From Lytechinus pictus (lineage: Eukaryota): DNA of 64,000 nucleotides. Where the stretch lies: positions 10,232,001 to 10,296,000 of the forward strand of contig NC_087251.1 in NCBI RefSeq assembly GCF_037042905.1, given 5' to 3'. The position numbers and the translations under genes are program-made. Each line of letters begins with the position of its first letter. Position 1 is the first letter of the stretch. Below are positions 1 through 13,265 of this stretch, piece by piece. The notes below the pieces were generated by a model, which was given only the letters and a program-made list of their open reading frames with translations, did not search any database and had not been told where the DNA came from.

Positions 1-1835
1 TGAGGCTACCTACTACATGTATATAGGTGAAATCGCGTCCACTTGCAATACACTAACCAATCTAACCTTTGGGTTAGCTGCTAATGAGAATGTAGAGAGA
101 CCGTCCTGTATGAATGAAAGGGAATGTTGGAGAAAGTGTTGTTTGCCAGTGCAAACGGGCCCGGCTGGCGCAAAACATGATGTCAAGAGGAAGTAGTTCA
201 TTGTCAACATCGATATGGTCTATGTCACTGTGTGCAGAAAGATGGAATATACCAGGAATATTATCTTGTCTATACCTATATGGGCTCCATATTATGCCGA
301 GTGTGATGAGTCTGGCTCATAGAATTCCTCCACACTCCGTAGCCAGTGGAACAACATGAAAACGTATTTTAAGTGTTGGTATATCGGCACCAAAACCGGC
401 CAATTGTATTGTGGGTCAGGAGTAATTGTGGAAAATTATTTGTTTTTGGTGTTTCCGCATTCAAGAAAATATGGTGAAGAATGTTAATTAAACAATGTGA
501 GGTTGATAAATGTTTTTGGTTTCCAACTGACAATACTGTATTTTATGTACTTGCACACTTGAACATTGTATTGTAAAATGTATTCAATGAAATGTATACT
601 TGTCTTTTTAGCTTTGTAATTCACATGCAATTCAGTTTGTTATCTGCAATATGTGGAGAATTTTAATAAATACCATTTATCTATCAAAAGTCTTTTTGTG
701 TGAGGGTGTGTGTGTGTGTGTTTTTGTAGTACTACTGTAGTATTACATTCTTCTAAATACATGTGTCTTAATCCTAAAATGATGAGGATATAATGAATTA
801 AAATGATTAAAAACATGTTTATTTGATTATTTTACGATAGTATTTTGATCGGGAGCCCAATTAAAACCAAAATATTTGCATATTATTTTATTTTTCTTAA
901 TATAATATCAATTATAAAACATTAAATTGACTGAAAATATCAGGATATGATATGTAGCTTCCTGATATCAAATGACTTAACTTGTATGATAAGCGTTCAA
1001 ATTGTCATTTTAAAAAATATATACATCGGCGTGCACTGAGAGGACGGTATAATTAAAAATAATCCAAATTCAAATTTTCCCAGAGAATCGACTATCGAAG
1101 CAAAATTCCTCGACCACAACACTTTTGAATGTTAGATTACTAGAGTATAGGCCCTAATTCACATGATTGTCCCTTTACCAAATGTTTATATCATATTAAT
1201 CTACTTGTTATTTGAATGGACTTGGCCTTTGAAGAATTGTGGAAGCCTATAATTCCTTTCTCTTAACCGCTATAAGAGGCAATTTGCGGTACATAAAATT
1301 GTTATTATTATTATTTATTATAATATTGCTAGCAGGTCAAATAGAAATGAACGAAAATGTTTATAATATCTAGATCATATGAGCCCATATGCAATCAGGC
1401 CTGGCTGTGCACACCTTTCAATGATATTCTGAAATAAAGAAGGATTTCATCTTTTAAGATTTTTTAAGAGGAAGCTAATGTATGGAAACTCCTTTCTTCC
1501 GTTTTCACTTTACTTATCTCCTTTAATCAGTCGAGTCTCACTTTGATGTTGGGAAACAGTTTGATGATTTTGGGTGAATTGAATGCAAATTTTGTATGCG
1601 TAAAGGTATATATCGGGAATATAATGTGGAAAACTATGTTTCAATAATTTTCATAATTTAATTCGTCGAAGTTTCATGTGTTAGTCTTTACCATCCATGC
1701 CCTCGCTCTCATATTCTTGCACTTAGAAACCAAACCATGGTCCTGGAAAGAGTGGATGCCGCGTATGTTTTACATCATAAGCAGCACCCCATAGAAATCG
1801 GGTTGGTATGCTAAAATGTAGGAAATTACCCCCCC

Positions 1836-2070
1836 AAAAAAAAAAAAAAAAAAAAAAATTAATAATAATAATAAATAAATAAATTGAATAAAAATAAAAT
1901 AATAAAATAAAAATGAATGAATAAATAAATAAATAAGTAAAATAAAAATAGAAAAATAAATAAATAAATAAATAATAAAATAAAAATCAATAAATAAAAA
2001 AGAGATAAAATAAAAAAGAAATCACCTGCAAATTGGAGTGAAAACATCTTTTTTTTTTGGGGGGGGGGGG
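1836..2070. repeat. Poly-A / (TAAA)n low complexity, followed by T- and G-runs
   Basis: Direct inspection. Confidence 0.9.
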
Positions 2071-4116
2071 GGCTCGTCAATTTTTGTCCAATACCAGCAC
2101 CCCTCTTCAAAATCGTTCCCAGACCCTGTGTAAAGCATTTCAATTTATCAACACCCCCCTCTCTCTGTCTCTCTTTCTATCTCCCTTTGCCATCCTATAT
2201 TTTTCACAATCTCATTCGATATCCCGAAACTCTTTACTCCCCAAAGGTCATATTGTTCTTCATTCTTCCATTCTCAATCAATTGCTTACCTGTTAAATAC
2301 TCTGCTAAAACTGTGATTGTTCTTATCTTTTCATTATAAGTTTAACTGAAATATGTAAATTTGCAAGAGAAAACATGATATAAATAAACAATTAGACAGT
2401 CGTGATTCATTTTACCATTAGCTTCATTGAGGTAATTACTTATTTGTTTTATTGTAAACAATATTTTACACATGTACAACTTAAATAATATATTTGAATC
2501 GAAGGCACTATAGTAATTATCATTAGAGGCACAGTACAATAACATTATCATTATTATTTTTTCCATCGTCCAAAAAAGTATAATAAATATCCGGTATAGT
2601 ACTTCCCCGCTCATGATTTAAAATGCTTCAATGTCTATATAGCCGACTCTTAGAAGAGTTATAGGTGGAAAGGCTATGGAAAGATTTGTAAAAAAAAAAA
2701 AGAAGAACAGAGGAAAACGATATATAACATGAAATAAAGAGAAAGAATCAAATAATATTCTATAAAAGAAAATAATCATAGATACAATTCAAAACGTCTG
2801 TACATCAGACGCATTCTGTAAACAGTTTATCTATGAATAGTTGTTTCTTATGTCTAATACAGCTTTGAGCAGTAATGCATAGTTTCATATATAAAAAATA
2901 TTTAGTAAAATACAGCGATGGATCATTAAAAGCAAAACAATCTTGCCTTTCATATAAAAATATACACAAATATATAATTTAAAAATAGCTCTCCAACGCT
3001 TCCACTCATTGAATACAACTCGACGGATTAAATTTTGAATATTATGAATACAATGTCTGAGGAAGAATGTTAAATGATATCAGCCCATCGGAGTTATGTG
3101 CTTGGCAGTTGTTTAAAATAGTTATGAGACACCTTCACAATGAATTGAGAGTAAGAATAATGATATACTTGGAACGGTATAATTACGTAAGTCTTGACGT
3201 GCCCTTTTTATTCTCCCGTATAAGTATTCGTGCGCACATGCATAAGAAGAACAATTTTCTCGTCCTTAAAATTGATATTCCCACAAACATGACAAAAAGA
3301 AAAGAAAGAATATTATATATTTGTCATATAACACCGACTATGAGAATAAACCACACATGTCATGTTGAAATATAATTTCCAAGGATTATCATAAAATTCT
3401 TAACAACTGTCGCCATCACAATATGTCATAGATTAGTTGAATGTCTTACCTTCACATATATATTATTTGGATCTGTATTGTCACATATTGTTTATTGTTT
3501 ACGTACAAGTATTGATACGTGTATACTACTCATTGTATATAAGGCCACTCTCGTCAAAATCATTCAATTAGATGGGCTATGCAACATGGCATTTGTTAAG
3601 TTGAAAATAGGAACATCAATTTTACGACAACCTTTTTCACGAGTAGATGACTTGTATAATAGGACAGTGTAAGTGTTGTTTCGTCTATTTCGTTAAGTAA
3701 AATGATAAACATGCAGGGTTTGTTAAAAGTCGATTATAAAGATATAACATTATTTCATATACATGTTGAGTTTTAAAAAGAAAATTCGAATGCATAGAGT
3801 CAAAAGGCAAACCATTTTTACTGTTTAAAGCGACATCATTGTTCAACCCGTTCTTGGAATCTTACTTCAGTGAGTAAAATTAGGCACTAATTAAACTTGA
3901 TGATATAAAATATAGGACGGAGACAAAATTAAGGAGAGATGTAAGCCAACCAATCAAACAATTTGTTTAGAAATGAATTAAAAGATGAGTATAAATTGCA
4001 AATATCTATTTGTTTCTTTTTAACATAAAAAAGTGAACAGGTAAAAAAACATATATATCTTTTAAAGGCATATAGGTTTATTTATAAAAATAATCATGGT
4101 CCACCATAAAGCTATG

Positions 4117-4349
4117 CACTCTAAAAAATATTGGGTAAAAATGCTCCATGAGGGTAATTATTTGTCCAATCAACATTTCTATTTGTCCAGTGTGATGAAA
4201 ATTTTGCCCATTCTAAAGTAATTGCTGCTTATATTTTAACCTTACTGGATAATATGCTTCCCGCATTGGGTAAAATACTGCCCCAAATTGGTTGGACACA
4301 TAATTACCCTCGTGCTGGTTAAAATTTTACCCAATATTTTTTTACAGTG
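4117..4349. mobile_element. CACT-ended MITE family A, copy 1 (EnSpm/CMC-like, non-autonomous)
   Basis: Termini CACTCTAAAAAATATTGGGTAAAA...TTTTACCCAATATTTTTTTACAGTG, 2-bp TSD TG/TG. Homologous to 12225 and 60848 (opposite orientation). Confidence 0.9.
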
Positions 4350-4493
4350 TGTACTCCGTGATTCATTATCTAGAAGAAGCAGTCATTTTTATACATAAAA
4401 AATCCCTCCCAGAACCAGTTAATGTATCAAATCTCCCCATTAGAAATTAAGGAAGACTCACGTCATGTGCGCGTAAGGAAACCAAATAAGGAC

Positions 4494-4655
4494 CTGAGCC
4501 CCGTAACATAAAGATTAGCGATGAAAAGCTAATATGAAAGAAAACTTCTGATTGGTTCCTGGTCAGTATTTTGCGCCAAATGCGCATGTAACATTGATCT
4601 TGATTAGTCAGTTCATTTAGCGATTTATCGCTAATCTTTGTGTTACGGAACCCAG
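4494..4655. mobile_element. Short palindromic MITE (Harbinger-like, CTG/CAG borders)
   Basis: CCGTAACATAAAGATTAGCGAT pairs with ATCGCTAATCTTTGTGTTACGG. Confidence 0.75.
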
Positions 4656-5107
4656 ATCACATGAAAAACTGAAAGCGATTCCAGAATGTTGACGAATATA
4701 TGAATAGAATGACGAATGTGGTACTGTATGTACCGACGTTACTAAGCGACATTTGGATTCAGCTAGGCTGAAATACTCACAAATCACAATTATTTTAGGA
4801 GAAGAACTAAAAGTAGTATTTTGTCTTTACTTTGTACAGCACCAAATAAGCATAGACATTTATGAGTTTTGACATACGCATGTCATTGTCTTCCCATACC
4901 TCTTTATAAACACATCAAGATGTTGAGGGAAATAGAAAGCACACATTGGAAGCGGTAATAATATATCCTTTTCTTTCCTTGTACAAAATTAACAGAACAT
5001 GGAGTCCATTTAAATGCTCCAGAATGAGTTGTGAGCTCCACTATGAGTCCACAGTGTCTCAGGGGGTGGTTATGTTCTGTAAGTCTTTGAGCGTCTTGTT
5101 GATGGTT

Positions 5108-6000
5108 CTACCGGCATCCACAGCCTTCTACAACCATATCTTGATAGTTCTTAAGGACGACCTTTTCATACTCGTCCAGATATAACATGCTGATTGCACT
5201 AAGTTCTGTAGGCACGCAACATGCTTTAGGTACTAGTGCTGGGTTGACAGAGTTTACTAACGTTTGTACGATAGCATGATTGGTAGTATTAAGATGTTCG
5301 GCGAGTGGAAAAGGACACTCACCATGACAATAGTAGGCCTGGTATCCGGCCGGTGCGACGATCCAATCATTCCAATGGACGTCACTAAAATCCACATACA
5401 ACGGATGACGTCTGCAGTTCGCCTTCAATCGCTTTCCTTTTCTCTTTCGACTCCTTGATGACGGTGATCTTTTTGTGCGGCCGTCATCGCTGTACGTTAC
5501 TATCTGAGGTCTCGTCTGAAACCACCTATCCTCTTCCTCGTTTTCGAGTTCTTGGACCTTACTTGGGTCAGCTTCTCTTGTCACACGGACGTGATGATGA
5601 TTAGGGGACGGTCTACCCCGTGAGTCTATGAGCTCTATCTCTAATCCATGGTTCTTCTCTGGCACTTCGACCCAAGACGTTACTGCAGGACGTACGTCAA
5701 ATGATTCCCAACTACTGTTTCGTACGTCCACTAACCGTGTGTCGATCAGCCTTTTAATCGTGTCTCGATTTCGTGCAACTGGTTTTAAAATATGATACAC
5801 ATTTATTCTTTGCATGTAATGAATGGGCTCCAGACTTTTCCTGTCGTCAAGTGCGTGGCGTTTTGCGATGCTGTGCTCTTCTAGGTCTTTACGGAACAAT
5901 CTCAGTTCGGCCATTGTCAATACTTCTTCTGCAGGCATTGTGGATATATTGAAGATCACTGTGTGTCTGTGGTGCTCCGTTGGCAGGACTTGGCCAGCGT
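5108..6000 (-). CDS. bmp2/4: BMP2/4 last coding exon (C-terminal prodomain, furin sites, mature 7-Cys TGF-beta domain)
   Basis: Translation ends [22 protein letters not shown]...CC...CGCR-TAG. Contains the RTKR/S cleavage site and upstream HVRVTR. Acceptor ttgatgcAG at 6002-6001; the phase-1 join to the upstream exon (GAA G|AC = E-D) stays in frame. Confidence 0.97.
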
Positions 6001-6559
6001 CTGCATCAAGATAAAATAGATGACATTTTTATTAATGAATTGAAACAATCATTTATCAATAAATTCATCTTTAATTAGTGTAAAATTATATCAAATTTAC
6101 CTAGCAAGAAGCTCACTTTATACAATGCTCTGTTGATTATGATTTACACAGGATAATATACAATAATGAAAGGGCTTCCATTTTGTCAAATTTATTGGTC
6201 AGTCACAGTAGTGGGCCTTTCGTCCATACTGCAAGGACTAACGCCGGTCTTCGGAAACTTAATTATACTTGAACCAAATTGTCAAATTGAGGACGTCTTA
6301 GTCGTAAGAAAGACTGAAGCCTGTGAACTTAGTACATGGAGCCAGTGAGTCAATTGGGAGATTAGGACGCATCATAAACCATTTACTCGAATGGGAAGTA
6401 TCTGCAGGCCAGCCTGAAGTGAAGTGGCACAACATATTATCCAACGGGTGGGACTGATGTGCCAACACACCTGACGTCCTAAAACCTCGTGTGGTTACAT
6501 ACCGACTATTTTGGCTACCCACAATGCATACATCATCCAATGGAGTAAAACACTGCTAT

Positions 6560-6960
6560 TGTCTTGACACATATTTGCAGTTAACTTTGTAGCAATAATA
6601 TGGTAGAGTTTATGTAGTTATCAAACAAAAACTAGGGCAAAAACTATTGGTAAATGTGAATGGACAAACAGTTACTTCCAAGGTGACTGAGTTGTAGCTA
6701 AGATGATACATGTAGCTAAGAATAAATAGAAAAGAAGTAACAGGGCCTAAGACCTCTCATCACATGAACCCAAAGTAGATCTTCTGATCTTTGCTTTGTT
6801 TTCAATATTTGAAACTATTAACTATCATTAAATAAAGAAAGTTTGAGAAGTTAAATTTTAACAAAAGATTGTTAGGTCCATATTAATCGCAATTTGTCTG
6901 TCTGATTATTTAAAGGATTGTTGTTTTTCTGCTTTAACTAAAGTAACCTGCCTGGGTGCG
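6560..6960 (-). mobile_element. Highly decayed LINE reverse-transcriptase remnant
   Basis: Minus strand ~6725-6755 reads VLGP(V/L)..F, resembling the GSVLGPLLF RT motif. Many stops and frameshifts. Confidence 0.3.
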
Positions 6961-9761
6961 AATGTGAGTAATATATGACTTATTTATTATAATATACGCC
7001 TATATAATATGGACAATTTGATAGTCGAAATTCGCACTGTGCGTCAAACATTAATTTTGCGATCACGCATCGTGGCTTTGGGCGAAATGTACTTGCGTCA
7101 ATATTAATATCGCACGTGATTTGTGCGGAAAACTTTCATCTAATAATTCAACTACATACTACTTGTTCCATTAAGAAAGAATATCAGTACTATTGTATAT
7201 ATGAATATATTTTTTATTCCATTGTCTATGATCAACAATGAATTTAATGATTTCAGCGTTGATTGATCAGAGGTGTTGTATAGATCCAAATACTTATATC
7301 CTCATCGCTTTTATAGATCCTGTGTTGGAACAGCCATAATGAAAATAACTGTGTATGATGAAGTTATATGTAGTTCGTAACTTTAAAAAAGAAGAAGCAT
7401 GGAAACGACTAACAAGACAGATTCTCATGAAGATTAATTAATTGACGTCAACTGGTAGTGAATACAGTTAATTCTTTGTCCAATAGAGTGTTCTCGTAAG
7501 TATATCACTGAGTGAAAGATATCCCGATGTTCTCAGCTAGACATTTATATTTTTATCAGATGTAGAAACCGGATTCCCGTCTTTCTCGATGAGATGATAG
7601 AAGTTCACTTCATTTATAATTCAAGTACAAAGTTGGAATAAAGTGAGAGAGAGAAAAAACAAGGAAAGATAGAGTGAGAGGGGAGAACAGAGAAAGAGAA
7701 CGGAAAAAAGGAGAAACATGAATGTCTATGCCAATGGGGAAACAGGATGGGTATCATTTCTGTGCCAAGACTGGTACCAAGTCAGGACAATTTAAAAACA
7801 ATTTCCCCTAATTTCTCGTTCGCTTGCACCCTAGTGACATTTTAGTTTAATCCTCTTCGGCATGTCAGGAGAAGCCATATAAAGATCCAAAAAGGAATTC
7901 AGATTTGGCGGGGTTAGAATCTCTTTTATTTAAAGGAGCCCAGGCCTGCTGTGACACTGCAAAAATGATAATAAAGTACTCTCATCGTCTGATTGGTAAT
8001 CCTTCCCTTGGTAAGTAAGAAGAAATTGCAGTTTCTTTTAACGATGTCTTTGTAATCCCATTCTTGCTTGTATATTCAAAAGTCACAAAGAATGACGAAT
8101 ATTTGTTAGATTTATTTTACAGAGCTACAAAGAGGATTTGCCAAAGAAGTAATTTTCATAGTGATTTTCTCCATTGACCTTGAAAACTTGCACATTTTGT
8201 GATCACATGTAAACATAAGGTCTAGTTAACATGAAACTTTATTTGAAAACAAAATCAAAAGAAAAAACGCCATTCTTAATACTTTTTTTTCGTTTCAACA
8301 ATTTCAATACATGGTAATAAATGGAGAATTTATTAATCAAGTGTAATACAACATTGCGTTTTGGGAAAATTAATATGTATAGTTGTTGGGATATCGTAGT
8401 TGCGTACTGAGTTTAAGGGGCATATTAAATGGTGTGACACTTTTATACAATTTTCGAACCAGCCCCCACAAATCACTTTCAATTAATCAATTTATTCCGT
8501 CATATAACTATTATGTATGTAGAAGGTCCAGTATATGCAATATTGAAGGAAATTCGAAGAAAATTGTGCTGCTGATAATGCAGGACCTTATCAGAAAGTA
8601 TATTTTGTGAATGAAAAAAAAAGTATTTATCATTATTCTTATTTTTCTATTTACCTATTTTATTTTATTTATTTAGTTAGTTATTATTATCATTATCATT
8701 ATTATTCTTAATACTATTATCAATATTATTTCGGGGGCTCCAGCCTTTCGTTAAAACTTAACTCTACGTCATTAGGCAATTCTAAATATTTTCCGCAATA
8801 CTAATAAACGTTCAAGTAGTATATTATTACGTAGTGAGAACACCGAAGTTTTTCTGGTCAGTCAAAACAGCGTCAACCGTATCAAAGTAGATTTCAAACA
8901 CATTGTAGGCATAGGAATTGAAGAGTATCAATTTTCTCCAATATCAAGGACACTAAACGTTTCGTTCATCTGTTCATATAGTTTTTATCTTTCAAATATC
9001 CAATGCAACAACGAAAGCCACAGGACATCTACAACGCAGTAATTGTATTTCAGAAATATTGTATTGAACTAACAATTAAGAACATCAATTTTATCGAGCA
9101 CATTACGTATCTTAACTTTACTAGCGCCATAAAAGGTGGCGATGTGTTTGATATGGAGAAATATTAGTTGATTTCGATCAAAATACAACACAATTTCTAG
9201 TTCTTTCAAAAGTAAAATACCAACAAGACTGTATGAAGGCATATACGCGTCACTAGGTAAAACTTTGGCATTTTAAATCGAACCAGTATAGCTACTCAAA
9301 ACTTGATCGAATCAACTTATTGGTAAGAACTCCCTCCCCCTAAAACCATGAGACTGTCTCTCCATCCAAGATTGCCATTTCTTTCACAGCTTGTCAAATT
9401 TCAAACCAACCTTGTACACATCGATGAGATATGACTCTCTTACCATGGCGGGAGAATATGTATTCCTGAACCACGATTGGCTTCATGAGCTACTGTGGAC
9501 AGGATTGAAGTAGCCTTCGACTCAATATACTAATATAATAAGAGTTGTAGGCTACTTCAATCTAGTAAATATACTGTCTTTTTTCATAAATTCAATTTAC
9601 AAAAAGTTATTAAGCAAGGACACACAAATGTCGTTTCATGGCGTTATTAGACCATGATTAAATTTAGTTTCTGTTCTAAATGAAATATTAGGGTATAACT
9701 AAATGGGTTTGGTTGTATGACACACCCTAATTTTTCATGTAGTCCTCATTTCCCATTGTAC

Positions 9762-9851
9762 CATAATGGCTCAGTGGTAGAGCGTCCGCCTTATGAACGG
9801 AAGGTCGTGTGTGCGATCCTCGGCCGAGTCATACCAAAGACGTATAAAAAT
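9762..9851 (+). mobile_element. Truncated tRNA-derived SINE head
   Basis: A box TGGCTCAGTGG and decayed B box GTGCGATCC, then GGCCGAGTCATACCAAAGAC. No acceptor stem. Confidence 0.65.
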
Positions 9852-10789
9852 TCAGTTTTTCTTCAATTTTGAAAATTATATGCAGGGCGATCATCTTTTG
9901 AGGAGCGAGCCTATGAGGTTTATTTCTGGTCTAATTTAAGGTGTATGGTAGATGGTACATGTAGAAAAAACTATTAACGGGATGAAAACAATGACGTAAA
10001 AACTATTTGATTAAAAATTATCTTTTATAGAAATATCATTCTATATTCAGGATAATTATGAAAATGTCTATTTTCATGATTCTTCGTGAATCATAAAATC
10101 AACCTGGCTCCAATATTCTGATAAGTGCACCATCATCTTCATGTAGAATATTGAAAAAATCTTCAATAATTCTAAACTAACCCAAACTAAGGACAAATTG
10201 ATGTCGACAAAGACTTGAAGAAAAACAAAATCCTGAATGGAATTGATAATTTGTATCATAAACTGATATCCAGTGACCTCAGCCCAACCCTTCATGGGCA
10301 AAATAAGAATTACCAATCAATTAAAGATAAATAGTATATAGAAACTACGCCAAAAAATATATCAATCTTTCGACGCTGAAATTATTCACTATATAATAGC
10401 AGTAGAAAATATAGTGTATTTGCTGATTCTGGAAAGTGTGACGCGTTTCATTTTCAGAAAATGTCATGAATATATGGATCGGCAATGGATATTAGAGAGA
10501 AGTTCGGGATTTCCCGGGCAATGCGTAAGGATATTGTTCTAAAAATAAGAGAACAGTATCTTCAAAATCTGTTCAAGTTTAACGATCGCTCCTGACCCTT
10601 CAAGTAACTCTGTTGTAGACATTGAATACTGAAGGAATGTACCCTCAATTGAACACAATATTGTAGTTTTTATCTATCTGTGGGTCAAATATTATTTCGA
10701 GTGAATCTTCCTATTTCCACATATAGTTACATATCTCTATTCAGAATATGTGAAATTTGGGGGTGGTTCGTACAACAGTTTGATTATTT

Positions 10790-11150
10790 GGAAGCGTCGT
10801 GGTGTAGCGGTTCTGACTCTCGCCTTGTAATCAGAGGGTCGTGTGTTCGAATCCCACCATGGCCTAGCGTCCTTTGGCAAGGCGTTAATCCACACTTTGC
10901 CACTCTCCACCCAGGTGTTAAATGGGTACCCGGTAGGATGTGAAAGCCTATATGTAGTATGCCTAGCAATTGAGTCTTGGAACTCTTGTTGGAATGCTCC
11001 CCAGGGAGTGGAGAAGGTGCATACATTGTATGCGGGCATGCAAGGATCCGATGACCGGGGTAATAATATGTCTGTAAAGCGCTTAGAGACGTCGTTCCGA
11101 TGTATTAAGCGCTATATAAATGCGGAATATCATTATTATAATTATTATTT
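10790..11150 (+). mobile_element. Full-length tRNA-derived SINE with CORE-like body and LINE-type 3' tail
   Basis: A box TGGTGTAGCGG (10800-10810), B box GTTCGAATC (10845-10853), body CCTTTGGCAAGGCGTTAATC...CCAGGTGTTAAATGGG, 3' stem AGCGCTTA/TAAGCGCT (11078-11113), (ATT)n tail. Confidence 0.9.
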
Positions 11151-12224
11151 TATGGAAAATGTTCTGTGGTAAAGTATTTCTCTATCGATTCGGTGGCAGC
11201 GGTGGGATAAGGCACGTCATCGAAATGACCGACGAATTTGGACTTACGTGATACTTGATGGCGCATAGATCGCTCTATTATACAATTTACAGAGTTTTGT
11301 CGGCCAGATAGGAATACCATATTGAAATTTGTAAAATGGTCGGTCTTTCTGCACAGGCTGGCTCAGATATCATCATGGCATGAAAATATCAAGTGGAAGT
11401 AAATCAAAATTATCGTGGACCGAAACAGTTTTGTTGAAAGAAAGGCGACAAAATAACAAAATAAACACCAAATCAAAGAATTCCCTGAACTTCCTTGAAA
11501 TGGGAATACATATCCGACAGAAACATGGGAAATCTTATTAGCACACAACTCAGATTTTAATGAGAAATAATACGTGAGATCGTAAATTCAAAGGAAATAT
11601 ACACCAATTATCAATTTTGAAGGGTCATTAACCAGCAACATTATAAGTTACTCGTTAAGCAAGTTGTGAGCTATCTATGGCCTTCATTATATTTATCATT
11701 AACGTCTTTGATCAAAATGGACGAGCTGTACATAATATTTTTCTTCAAGTGGTACAGTTCTGAAGAATGGAAGAGCAACAATCAAAATAATAAACCTGCG
11801 TAGTATACATGATCATCATGATTATACTCTTAAAAACATGATGGTAAACGCAAGAATGGTTTGTTAAAAAGAAATGAAGGAATGAAAGAATTACACAACA
11901 TAGTTCCAAGAATATGAGATTATTAATGAACACTCAGCTTGTGTCTTTTTACGTGAGATGTTTTTCGTAATTATTTGGTGATAGTGAGTTGGCCATGTGT
12001 AAAGATCTTGACGGGTTTCAGATTAAAAGGTGAATACTCAAGGTAGTTTCTTTACCTGTATGTTGATCTTTCTTAATCATTTACAATACAGGTATAAACT
12101 AAATGACTAATAGGTGAAATATAACTGAAATGAACATTGAATTTAACATTTTTTGGACAAATTATTATAGTTTGACAGTACATGTTCGTGTTTTTTTTAC
12201 TTTTATTGATCGGCTATGCATCTT

Positions 12225-12475
12225 CACTGTAAAAATATTAGGTAAAATTTTTACCACCACGAGGGTAATTATGTTTCCAACCAATTTTGGGAAGTATTTT
12301 ACCCAATGCGGGAAGCATTGTCCAGTGAGGTTACAAAAATAAGCATCAATTACTTTAGAATGGGCAAAATTTTCATCACACTGGAGAAATAAAAATGCCC
12401 AAAAGAAATGCCAAACATTAGTTGGACACATAATTACCCTCGTGGAGCACTTTTACCCAATTTTTGTTTGGAGTG
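12225..12475. mobile_element. MITE family A, copy 2 (bmp2/4 intron)
   Basis: CACTGTAAAAATATT...GAGTG with the shared internal GAGGGTAATTATG / CATAATTACCCTC inverted motif. TSD imperfect. Confidence 0.88.
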
Positions 12476-12756
12476 GTTGCTTTTATTTCATTTCCAAACT
12501 TTTCGATGAACTCCGTTATTGCGCTAACCGTTCGCAAAAGTATGTTCTCTGTACGTCTTCTTTTCTGTCTAGGTTGTTACGTTTTTTGTTCAAAAATCAT
12601 GAAGTAATAAACATCATAAGCAAGATTCTTCAATAAGCGAGATTCTTCAATTGCACTTGTAGGCCTATATATCTCCCTTCACTACTTACTTGTGGTCTTG
12701 CGACTGCGGTCACAACACTCAGGTGTGACTATATTCTACAAACAGGGAAGTGTTCA

Positions 12757-12895
12757 AGAAGAAGGAGAAAAAGAAGATGAAAAAGAAGAAGAAGAAGAAG
12801 AAAGAAGAAGAAGAAAGAAAAAGAAAGAAAAAAAAAGAGGTCAGTAGAAGAAAAAAAAGAAGACGAAGGAGGGGGAGGAGGAGGAGGAGAAAGAG
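12757..12895. repeat. Purine-rich (GAA/GGA)n tract just inside the bmp2/4 intron
   Basis: Direct inspection; begins ~20 nt from the splice donor. Confidence 0.9.
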
Positions 12896-12913
12896 TAAAT
12901 GCTGAATACTAAC

Positions 12914-13265
12914 CTTCGTGATGATAGCTCCTAATGGTATTAGCTGTTCCCGTCGATAAATGATCGAAGTCAAAATGCATACTAATTCCATCTTCATGTT
13001 CTGTATGTGATCGGTATAAATCCATCATGTATTGAGGTACTCGCAATTTTCCTTGTGGTCTCGGCCTCTCTTTCAATCCGAACATCCCCAAAAGCGTCGA
13101 TTCAAACGCCTCAATGACCTGTGCTTTCCTATTCTGGTCGCCTTCGTTCTCACTACTCCTCGACGACGATGATGACGATGATGTTGATCCGGGCCAGCCG
13201 CCGACCACGACACAGCAGCATACAAGGGGCACCACCAACTGACCCCAATGTGAGGTGGTAACCAT
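12914..13265 (-). CDS. bmp2/4: BMP2/4 first coding exon (signal peptide, poly-Ser, N-terminal prodomain)
   Basis: MVTTSHWGQLVVPLVCCCVVV...FESTLLGMFGLKERPRP...VPQYMMDLY...ANTIRSYHHE is a typical BMP2/4 prodomain. Donor G|GTTAGT at 12913. Acceptor ttttcttttAG at 13274-13273, 7 nt before the ATG, so an upstream non-coding exon must exist. 352+893 nt = 414 aa plus stop. Confidence 0.96.

Noticed and set aside
1..690. Coding exon or LINE ORF2 C-terminus
   Set aside because: Only vague Cys/His spacing with stops in all frames. It may be a decayed LINE 3' end, but I cannot support that.
10790..10862. tRNA gene
   Set aside because: A and B boxes are present but run straight into a SINE body and LINE-type tail, with no clean cloverleaf or terminator. 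The same applies at 9762.
12909..12913. Premature stop truncating BMP2/4 at 118 aa
   Set aside because: The TAG lies within the intron donor GTTAGT; splicing restores the frame.
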